64,000 bases of DNA from an uncultured Methanosarcinales archaeon (GTDB taxonomy: Archaea > Nanobdellota > Nanobdellia > Woesearchaeales > DSVV01). Shown here piece after piece: positions 56,855 to 64,000 of the stretch (position 1 is its first letter; every line of letters starts with the position of its first letter). The stretch is taken from contig CAYMIF010000001.1 of assembly GCA_964390375.1 (NCBI GenBank), positions 45,460 through 109,459 of the forward strand, read 5' to 3'. The notes below the pieces were generated by a model that searched no databases, was not told the origin of the DNA, and was given only the letters and a program-made list of their open reading frames with translations. The position numbers and the translations under genes were made by a program.

Positions 56855-58882
56855 TTAAACATAAGGCACTTCCTGCTCTGTCCTTATGCCATATATCATT
56901 ATATAGTTCCAGAAAGGCGCCTTCTTCATCTCTACACGTACGGAAAATCCTGCCTTTCTGAACAGCTCAATCAGATCCTGCTTGTTCGAAAGCCAGCTGA
57001 CGTTTGGTATCACCTTGAACAGATCTACATAGTCTATGAAGAATATCCTTCCTCCTTCAGGCACAAGCTCTGCCATCTCATGCAAAACCTTGTTTATGTC
57101 CTGGATGTAACCTAGCATGCCTATGGATACTATGCAGTCTACATCAGGGATAGAATGATGGACCCTGTTCACCTGGTGAATGTCATGGAGAAATACAATG
57201 TTAGTCAGACCTTTTTTAGTCATACGGTCCTGGGCTATCTTCACTGATTTGTAGGATATGTCTGTTGCGTAGACCATCCCGAATTCTCCTGTGCTTCTTG
57301 CCAAGGTCATGGTCATTGTCCCTACACCGCAGCCGAACTCAAGGACCCTTTTGCCTTTGATGTTGCCGAGATGCTCCAAAACATTTTTCTGTATCTTTCT
57401 GGGCATCAGGAATCTTTCGAATGCTAAAGAGAAATATGCGAAAATATCATTGAGTTTCACTATCACATCAGGATCATAATAAAACATCAAAGTAAGGTAT
57501 ATCGGAACACCGAAAAACAGGAGAGAGAGCTGAAGCTTGAACATATTGAATGCTTCTGCTTCAGTCAATATCCAGATGATGACAACCGATGCTAAGAGTA
57601 TGGATATGAGAATCGGACCTATGACTCCAAACGGGGTCTTGAAAGGTCTTTTTTGCTCTGGCAGCTTGAACCTCAGTATGGGCACAGCCATTATGACTGC
57701 GATGTACATTATTATTCCTATAGGAACTAACATGTCCAGGACTGTCTCGTAGCTGTCGTAACCGACAATCAGAACGAATATCATCGCCACTGTCTGAAAG
57801 ATAATCGCCTTGTGCGGGGTCCGAAACCTTGGATGTATGTCTGCCATGCTGTTTATGAAGAGCTTGTCTCGGGCCATGGAGAGTATAAGCCGGGGAGAAG
57901 AAAATATGCCTCCTGCTGCAGAACCAAGCAGTGTCAATACTATGCCCAGCTTCACAAACAGAGTTATTGTCAAATTCCCGTCAAAAACGATCTCTGATAT
58001 CTCTGTGAACGGGTTTTCATGTGATTCAACCATCCCTGCAAGCTGCGGCCATTCCAACACACCTAAAAAGACTACTGCGGTAATGATGACTATGACTGAA
58101 GTCAGGATAGTCGTGATTATCAGAGATTTTGGTATTACCTTCTCTGGATTTACTGTCTCTTCAGCAAGAAATGTCGCAGATTCCCAGCCGAAATATGTCT
58201 CCATTATCTTGAACAAGGCCGCAAATATCATGACACCTATCAGAAGATTGAATGGGAGACCATCTGAGCCGGGTATAGGTTCTTCCTGATTGGCTATCAC
58301 CTTGCCTGGATCGTAATCAGTATAATTAGCAAAATCGATATGAGGAATTGAGAAAGCCACAACAACACATATCACACTGATTGTAATTACTGCGAATATT
58401 ATTATCAGCACTGCACTATCATCAGATCCCAGAAGGGTGATCAGGTTGAGAATCAGGATTATAGCCATAGCAAGTCCAATCACGAACCATTCGTGCTCTA
58501 TTATCGCGAGCATGGCAGGATTTTTTATCAAATCGCTGAGCATTGGTATCAATATGTCCATCGCAGCGACTATCATCAGGCAGGCTGTTATATTTCCTAC
58601 AAGCCAGGTCGTCCATCCTATCATGAATGATGAGAATCTGCCGTAGGTCCTTTTTCCAAATTCATATATTCCTCCGGCTTTTGTAAACATACCTGACAGC
58701 TCAGCGAATATCATCGAGATGTATATCGAGAGAATGGATAGGATTATCCAGGCGAACAAAGCAAAGTTTCCAGCTTTTTCTGCAGCGAATTTATGGCCCA
58801 GAAAGACACCTGTTCCCATGATAGATGTAATAGACAATGCTATAATCGTTCCGTATCCCAGGGATTTTCTTAATTCTGCCAA
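56855..58882 (-). CDS. APC-family amino-acid permease fused to a C-terminal class I SAM-dependent methyltransferase domain
   Basis: The N-terminal ~470 aa form 12 TM helices with SGMFTKAGGIYEF. The C-terminal ~200 aa carry VLEFGCGVGTMT (motif I), VYATDIS and a Rossmann-like continuation. Confidence 0.65.
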   Translation of the reverse strand: MAELRKSLGYGTIIALSITSIMGTGVFLGHKFAAEKAGNFALFAWIILSILSIYISMIFAELSGMFTKAGGIYEFGKRTYGRFSSFMIGWTTWLVGNITACLMIVAAMDILIPMLSDLIKNPAMLAIIEHEWFVIGLAMAIILILNLITLLGSDDSAVLIIIFAVITISVICVVVAFSIPHIDFANYTDYDPGKVIANQEEPIPGSDGLPFNLLIGVMIFAALFKIMETYFGWESATFLAEETVNPEKVIPKSLIITTILTSVIVIITAVVFLGVLEWPQLAGMVESHENPFTEISEIVFDGNLTITLFVKLGIVLTLLGSAAGGIFSSPRLILSMARDKLFINSMADIHPRFRTPHKAIIFQTVAMIFVLIVGYDSYETVLDMLVPIGIIMYIAVIMAVPILRFKLPEQKRPFKTPFGVIGPILISILLASVVIIWILTEAEAFNMFKLQLSLLFFGVPIYLTLMFYYDPDVIVKLNDIFAYFSLAFERFLMPRKIQKNVLEHLGNIKGKRVLEFGCGVGTMTMTLARSTGEFGMVYATDISYKSVKIAQDRMTKKGLTNIVFLHDIHQVNRVHHSIPDVDCIVSIGMLGYIQDINKVLHEMAELVPEGGRIFFIDYVDLFKVIPNVSWLSNKQDLIELFRKAGFSVRVEMKKAPFWNYIMIYGIRTEQEVPYV

Positions 58883-59016
58883 ATCCTTTCAACCTCTTTT
58901 TTACTGATGCATCTGATGTTATACTCAAAAAGTATACCCACGACCTAAGTTGCGAATCTTTAGTTTTTGGGCGAAATCCTCTTTAGGAAACTCGCAACTT
59001 TAGTTGTGAGAGGATT

Positions 59017-59175
59017 TCATTTCTTAGGTTTCTTCAATACCATCTCTCCTTTTTCATTTAAACTGAACTCCAGTACTGTTCCCTGTCCGAATCCAAATGC
59101 CTCAGCAAAAGCCTTCGGAATAGTGACTATGTACTGATCATTCGGTGTCTTCTGTACTCTCATTCGGGTAGCCAT
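59017..59175 (-). CDS. small AbrB/MazE-like swapped-hairpin protein (52 aa), not in the ORF track
   Basis: Manual translation MATRMRVQKTPNDQYIVTIPKAFAEAFGFGQGTVLEFSLNEKGEMVLKKPKK. Confidence 0.35.
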   Translation of the reverse strand: MATRMRVQKTPNDQYIVTIPKAFAEAFGFGQGTVLEFSLNEKGEMVLKKPKK

Positions 59176-59281
59176 CTTTAATTACTATTAATTTTAATAT
59201 TAATTATAATAATTTTTATATTATTAGAAATACTATTAATTGTTGTATTTAAGTTTTTCTAAAAATTTCTTTAAGAATTTT

Positions 59282-59536
59282 TTAGTCTGTAAGTTTGGAG
59301 ACCACTGTGCCCTCGTGGGCTTTTCCTTCGGTCTTGAGACCGATAGAATCACCTGCTTTTGCAGCTTCCACCGGCTTGTGGTCTATCTGCATGGATCTTA
59401 GCTCCTGCGTGAAATCATCAGACGCTCCCTGAAAATGAAGCTTGTCCCCTATTTTTACATCTTCTGAGAGTTCTATTACTGCTACTGAAATCTTTCCAAA
59501 GAAATGAGTCACTTTTCCTATAACATGCTCTGACAT
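59282..59536 (-). CDS. small beta-barrel protein (EF-Tu domain-2-like fold suspected)
   Basis: 84 aa. GKVTHFFGKISVAVIEL...GDKLHF...GDSIGLK. Confidence 0.35.
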   Translation of the reverse strand: MSEHVIGKVTHFFGKISVAVIELSEDVKIGDKLHFQGASDDFTQELRSMQIDHKPVEAAKAGDSIGLKTEGKAHEGTVVSKLTD

Positions 59537-59629
59537 CTTATTTCACCCCACATATTGGCAGGGGAATACGTGCATTAATTTAAAATTAACTGCTGGGATA
59601 GCGGCAAAACTAAAAACATGTCTGTCATG

Positions 59630-59908
59630 GGCTATTATGAAATCCTATCCTACCTGCGCTTTTGGGAATGAATTCCCAAACCGGTGAGCAAAGCTCACAG
59701 TTTACGCCGCAGAGCAGCGAGGTTGGGCATAAAGCCCAACTAAAAATATTCACTAATGGTTATATATTCCGCCTGGCCCTACGCTCTGGCCCGCAGACCA
59801 GCCATGTAGGGCATGCGCCAACCATAAATGGTTGGCTTAGCCCAACTGAGAATATTGCCTAAAGATATATATTCTCATGGCACAGACGGCTAGGATTTCA
59901 TAATAGCA
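59630..59908 (+). mobile_element. 279-bp composite MITE-like element with variant-1 termini, an extra three-hairpin module and the long variant-2 core
   Basis: Starts GGCTATTATGAAATCCTATCCTAC and ends TAGGATTTCATAATAGCA. Perfect 9-bp direct repeats TCTGTCATG at 59621-59629 and 59909-59917. The internal region matches 31060-31180 of variant 2 and adds hairpins TTGGGAATGAATTCCCAA, GTGAGCAAAGCTCAC and GTTGGGCATAAAGCCCAAC. Confidence 0.6.
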
Positions 59909-59955
59909 TCTGTCATGAAAAACTATTTATACTAAAACGTCACACAATTATAAAA

Positions 59956-60468
59956 ATGGTAAAAAGGGGTCTGGTTATAGCTTTAGTCTGCTTTGCGTTT
60001 GCTGCTATGCTGTCGTTATCGTGCAGCGCAGCTGACATAGACGGATTCTTCAGCAAGAACATATCAAATGCGTTCCTGCTGAACACTAATCCATTATCCA
60101 AAGAGCCGCCCCAAGCATCAACCCTATATGAGATCATAGTCGCAAACCTTGCGATAATAATAATAGATTCAATCATATTCCTGTCAATCTATTCCTTTGT
60201 CTCAAAGTTTGAGACCACTTCATCAAAGATATTCGGACTTCTTTTGGGTTATCTTGTGTTTGTGGTTCCGATATTCATATTCGTTCCGGTGGCATTCATA
60301 CTCATGACAATATTCTATATGATCGGGATACTTATCCCTGCACTTGTCAAGAACAAATACATACCTGTCAGCCAAAGGATCTCATTCGGCTCAGGCGGAT
60401 TTTTGAATGATGAGGTGAAAGGATTCGGTTCCGGCATCATGAACAGGGACCATAATCTTTATGATTAA
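59956..60468 (+). CDS. hypothetical integral membrane protein
   Basis: Signal-like N-terminus and about 4 TM helices. Confidence 0.4.
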   Translation: MVKRGLVIALVCFAFAAMLSLSCSAADIDGFFSKNISNAFLLNTNPLSKEPPQASTLYEIIVANLAIIIIDSIIFLSIYSFVSKFETTSSKIFGLLLGYLVFVVPIFIFVPVAFILMTIFYMIGILIPALVKNKYIPVSQRISFGSGGFLNDEVKGFGSGIMNRDHNLYD

Positions 60469-60488
60469 AATTAATCAGGTGATATTTA

Positions 60489-61139
60489 ATGGAAAAAGAG
60501 ATGATTGAGCATCTATGCTCGATATTTGGAGAAAGACTGACCACAATCGCTTCCTATTATATGGATAATGAACAGTATTTCATATTTGTACTTTCTGAGA
60601 TTACTTTTAAGGACCTGGAGAATTCCAGGAGAATCAATTTCTCGATACCTGTAGTATTCTTCACAGAAGAGGAACTTGCAGACGGAAAGGATGTCTTCTC
60701 TTTGGAGTTTCTCAATATCCAAAACAGCTATGAGATGATATACGGAAAGGATGTGTTCAAAGGCCTGAAATTCCAAAAGAAGAATGTTAGGCTGCAGCTT
60801 GAGTTTGAGCTTCGAAGCAAACTTATCAATCTGCGATCTGAATTCTCAAGGATAAGGGATGAAAGAGGGCTTATGCATCTTATCGACTCAATACTTCCTG
60901 CTTTCATGCCGCTTGTATCCGGACTTCTATTCCTAAAAGGAGAGAATATACCTAATTCAAGAGAGCAGGTATTTGAGAAGATCAAGGAGAAGTATGGTGT
61001 CCAGACAGAAGTCCTGAACACCATATATCAACATAACCTAAGAACAATCGATATCGAGGATTTCAATCTGGTTGTCAAGAAAGTACTAAAATTCCTGGCA
61101 GAGATCGCAGAAGTAGTCGATGAGATGAAGATAAAATAA
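60489..61139 (+). CDS. hypothetical protein
   Basis: 216-aa ORF convergent with rnfB. Confidence 0.4.
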   Translation: MEKEMIEHLCSIFGERLTTIASYYMDNEQYFIFVLSEITFKDLENSRRINFSIPVVFFTEEELADGKDVFSLEFLNIQNSYEMIYGKDVFKGLKFQKKNVRLQLEFELRSKLINLRSEFSRIRDERGLMHLIDSILPAFMPLVSGLLFLKGENIPNSREQVFEKIKEKYGVQTEVLNTIYQHNLRTIDIEDFNLVVKKVLKFLAEIAEVVDEMKIK

Positions 61140-61925
61140 TCAGCTTTTCTTCATGACATTCCTTGGACATTTCTCAGTGCAGATATTGCAGAGTATGCAC
61201 TTCTTGTGGTCGATGACTGGTCTGTTGTTGACCATCTTTATCGCATCTTTTGGGCAATTCTTGACGCATATCCTGCAGTTCACACATCCATCATCGCAGT
61301 TCTTAGCTTTATTAGGAAGAGGGTCTGTGCTCGCACACTTAACATGTATCCTTTCATCAGAAGAATAAAGCTCGATAATTCCTATAGGACATGCATCTAT
61401 GCAGGCACCACATCCAGTACATCTTCTTTGGTCAATTACTGGAACAACTTTTCCAGGTCTAATGCTTATCGCACTGAACTGGCAGACGTCGAGACAGTCA
61501 CCCATTCCAAGACAGGCAGTCCTGCACTTATATGGGTAGCCTAAAAGAAGAGCGCCCTTGCAGGATTCTATCCCCTGATAGTCGAAATTCTTCTCAAGCT
61601 TGTGCGTTCGGTTGCAGAGCACTCTCGCAACCTTTTTCTTTTCTTTGCCTTTAGGGATGAGGGAGAACCTCTCTGCCAGCTGATCAGAGACCTCTTTTCC
61701 ACCTGGCCTGCAGTTTCTGAATAGACTATTGTCCTTTGTCACAGCTTTTGCAAATTCAGTGCAGTTGGCGAAGCCACATGCTCCGCAATTGAGTCCTGGA
61801 AGAATCTTCTCGACCTCCTTGTAACTCTCGTCCTCCCCTTTCTTCTTCAGAGTCTTAGAGAGGATGCTGAGGATTATCCCGAAGAAAAGAGCCAACAGAC
61901 CAAGACTGATTATCTCAATCAGCAT
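61140..61925 (-). CDS. rnfB: Rnf complex subunit B (Fe-S/polyferredoxin subunit)
   Basis: N-terminal TM, then LPGLNCGACGFANC and several CxxCxxCxxxCP ferredoxin motifs. Confidence 0.8.
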   Translation of the reverse strand: MLIEIISLGLLALFFGIILSILSKTLKKKGEDESYKEVEKILPGLNCGACGFANCTEFAKAVTKDNSLFRNCRPGGKEVSDQLAERFSLIPKGKEKKKVARVLCNRTHKLEKNFDYQGIESCKGALLLGYPYKCRTACLGMGDCLDVCQFSAISIRPGKVVPVIDQRRCTGCGACIDACPIGIIELYSSDERIHVKCASTDPLPNKAKNCDDGCVNCRICVKNCPKDAIKMVNNRPVIDHKKCILCNICTEKCPRNVMKKS

Positions 61926-61927
61926 CT

Positions 61928-62506
61928 TTATACCATCCCCCGGAAAATCGTGAATGACAATGAAAGAAACGAGGCTACAATGAATGCCAGTGGAACTCCC
62001 TTGAAGAAATCAGGCACTACTGAGGCTTCCAGTCTCTCTCTTATTCCGGCCATGATTATCAGAGCCAACATAAAACCCAGGCCAGCTCCAAGTGCATTGG
62101 AGAGGCTCTGCAGGAGCGAGAAGCTCTCCCTGATATTCAGAAATGAGACTCCCATGATAGCGCAGTTGGTGGTTATCAGCGGAAGATATATGCCCAGGGC
62201 AGAATAAAGTGATTTAGTGTAGTTCTTGAGGATTATCTCGAGAATCTGAACCAGTGATGCAATCACAAGTATGAAGAAAATAATCTCCAGATATTCGATT
62301 CCATAGGGATGGAGCAGGTATTTGTAAAGAGAATGGGTAAAAAAGGAACTGATTATCATCACGACTATGACAGCTATCCCCATGCCCAGAGCATGCGAAA
62401 GCTTCCTTGAAACTCCAATGAACGGGCAAAGTCCTAAAAATCTTGTCAATACAAAGTTATTCACAAACATTGCTCCGAATATTATTATGAACAGGTCTTC
62501 CATCAT
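61928..62506 (-). CDS. rnfA: Rnf complex subunit A
   Basis: FLGLCPFIGVS and LGMG motifs. About 190 aa with 6 TM helices. Confidence 0.85.
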   Translation of the reverse strand: MMEDLFIIIFGAMFVNNFVLTRFLGLCPFIGVSRKLSHALGMGIAVIVVMIISSFFTHSLYKYLLHPYGIEYLEIIFFILVIASLVQILEIILKNYTKSLYSALGIYLPLITTNCAIMGVSFLNIRESFSLLQSLSNALGAGLGFMLALIIMAGIRERLEASVVPDFFKGVPLAFIVASFLSLSFTIFRGMV

Positions 62507-63117
62507 AATCCCTCCTTGAGCTTGCGGAAAAAAGCTATGAATAAGCCCACTATCAACAAAGCTCCGGCTGGCTCAGCGAAAATCCTAAAGTGTATGGCTC
62601 CTGTGCTTATCAGTTCAGTTCCGAATAGCGCTATCTTGCCGGTTCCAAGAAACTCCCTGAAAAGACCTATCAATATCAGTGAAAAGATAAATCCAATCCC
62701 GATACCTAATCCATCAATCATCGAAAAATAAACCCTGTTTTTTGAGGCGAATGACTCTGCCCTACCGAGTACTATACAGTTTACCACAATCAGGGGCAAG
62801 TATATCCCAAGAGCACTGTGAATACTCGGAAAATACGCTTCCATAAGAAGTGAAATTATTGTCACAAAGGTTGCGATGATCATTATAAAACAAGGTATCC
62901 TGACCCTTTTTGGAACAAAATTCCTGATAGATGAAATCATGATGTTCGAGCAAAAAAGAACAAACAATGTCGATACTCCCATGCCAAGTGCATTATCGAC
63001 CGATGTCGTGACAGCAAGCGTCGGGCATAATCCCAGGAAAAGGCAGAATATCGGGTTGTTTTTTATTATGTCCCTGAAAAATATCGACCAGGTGCTATTT
63101 TTCGTCATATGTCTCAC
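62503..63117 (-). CDS. rnfE: Rnf complex subunit E
   Basis: LGLCPTLAVTTS and NALGMG. It is the RnfA paralogue with a longer C-terminus. Confidence 0.85.
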   Translation of the reverse strand: MRHMTKNSTWSIFFRDIIKNNPIFCLFLGLCPTLAVTTSVDNALGMGVSTLFVLFCSNIMISSIRNFVPKRVRIPCFIMIIATFVTIISLLMEAYFPSIHSALGIYLPLIVVNCIVLGRAESFASKNRVYFSMIDGLGIGIGFIFSLILIGLFREFLGTGKIALFGTELISTGAIHFRIFAEPAGALLIVGLFIAFFRKLKEGL

Positions 63118-63598
63118 CTGCTTTTATCACTGCTTCAATCACTGCGGTTGATGATATGGTGGCACCAGTTATCGCATCTACACCCAGTTCTTTGGTCCTG
63201 AGGTCCTTTATTGTCTTTTCCCTGAAGTGTTTTCTGAATTCCTCATCCTCGACCCTGCTGCCAATGTCCGGTGTCTCGCTCATCTTGGTTATTATCACGT
63301 CCTTTATCTTCTTTTCACGGTCAAACAGCACAAAAATCTCAATCGTTCCGCTGTAACCCATTGAACTTGATTCAACACCATATCCTAGAAGTTCATCACC
63401 TGAATATATCAAATGTGTTTTATCAGTGGATTCGATCCTTGAGAATTCAGGGAATGTGGTGTTTATGATGCGGACCAGCCTGGCCTGGCTGTTCTCCCTG
63501 ATCTTAGGGCTTGTCATATTATTGACCGTTGTCAGGATGAATGCTGAAACTATGGCTATCAGGACTATAAATAAAGTCGAATAAATCACTTTTCTCAT
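63095..63598 (-). CDS. rnfG: Rnf complex subunit G (FMN-binding)
   Basis: N-terminal TM. The FMN-attachment motif reads GVDAITGATISS. Confidence 0.8.
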   Translation of the reverse strand: MRKVIYSTLFIVLIAIVSAFILTTVNNMTSPKIRENSQARLVRIINTTFPEFSRIESTDKTHLIYSGDELLGYGVESSSMGYSGTIEIFVLFDREKKIKDVIITKMSETPDIGSRVEDEEFRKHFREKTIKDLRTKELGVDAITGATISSTAVIEAVIKAGETYDEK

Positions 63599-64000
63599 CT
63601 GGATCCACCTCCAAAGGGCTTGGGGATTGTCAGCCTGTCTATCAGCGGCGTGAATGCATTCATTATGAGTATCGAGAAAGCGACACCTTCAGGATGCGCA
63701 GCAAATAGCCTGAACACGAAAGTCAGTACCCCGCAACCCAGAGCAAAAATTATTTTGCCTCTGATTGAAGTGGGGTTTGTGACATAATCGGTCGCCATGA
63801 AGAATGCTCCGAATAACAGCCCTCCTGTGATCAGATGGAAGAGAGCATTCTGACCCGAAACAAGAGCCAGGAAAAATACTGTCGAAATGTAGATTACCGG
63901 TATCTTCCAGTCTATCACCTTGAGCCAGATAAGGAAAACACCGCCTATTATAATTGCGATAGCTGATGTCTCACCTATGCATCCTCCAATCTGTCCCAAT
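63595..64000 (-). CDS. rnfD: Rnf complex subunit D, 3' portion only. The gene continues past the window end
   Basis: The NqrB/RnfD-like C-terminal membrane segment (GETSAIAIIIGG...FFMATDYVT). There is no start codon within the window. Confidence 0.7.
   Translation of the reverse strand, partial: LGQIGGCIGETSAIAIIIGGVFLIWLKVIDWKIPVIYISTVFFLALVSGQNALFHLITGGLLFGAFFMATDYVTNPTSIRGKIIFALGCGVLTFVFRLFAAHPEGVAFSILIMNAFTPLIDRLTIPKPFGGGSR

Noticed and set aside
57810-58289. 159-aa plus-strand ORF inside the permease-methyltransferase gene
   Set aside because: It is antisense to a TM-rich coding region and has no motif support.
3579-59908. Whether the recurring ~120-bp repeats are a CRISPR array
   Set aside because: The copies are dispersed over 56 kb, are not regularly spaced and have no unique spacers between them. 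Each has its own 9-bp flanking duplication and inverted termini. This is transposon behaviour, not CRISPR behaviour.

Overview
This window looks like an AT-rich archaeal chromosome segment (my eyeballed GC is about 38-42%). Features pointing to archaea include RadA, a reduced MCM-like AAA+ ATPase, the DUF2073/Zn-ribbon pair, ScpB, an intron-containing tRNA, DNA gyrase A and an rnfDGEAB cluster at the 3' end. Several very large secreted proteins are packed with N-glycosylation sequons (NxS/T); these are 2042 aa, 2757 aa, 611 aa and 506 aa long. I found no rRNA genes and no CRISPR arrays.

The most distinctive structure is a family of seven small non-autonomous elements that behave like MITEs. 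They all start with a GGCT inverted-repeat terminus, all carry 9-bp target-site duplications, and all share an internal core of the form hairpin-CGCCTGGCC-hairpin-TGGCACAGACG. Their termini and internal modules are swapped between copies. One copy sits inside the coding region of a 2-hydroxyacid dehydrogenase gene, which also appears to carry a 1-nt frameshift. Another supplies the stop-codon region of a PHP-phosphoesterase gene.

Other things I consider worth a second look:
- An apparent four-gene operon: mini-MCM (AAA+ core only), small GTPase, DUF2073-like protein and a Zn-ribbon protein.
- A PIN/UPF0175-like pair and a HEPN-MNT-HEPN cluster.
- GyrA with long acidic N- and C-terminal extensions.
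- An amino-acid permease fused to a SAM-methyltransferase domain.
- A PEP-CTERM-like sorting-signal protein in a patch that looks GC-richer.
- Twin long hairpins in a divergent promoter.
- A possible small structured RNA between radA and the neighbouring gene.
- An IS6-family transposase fragment with an in-frame TGA at the window start.

All calls rest on manual reading of the ORF translations and the sequence. No database searches were run.
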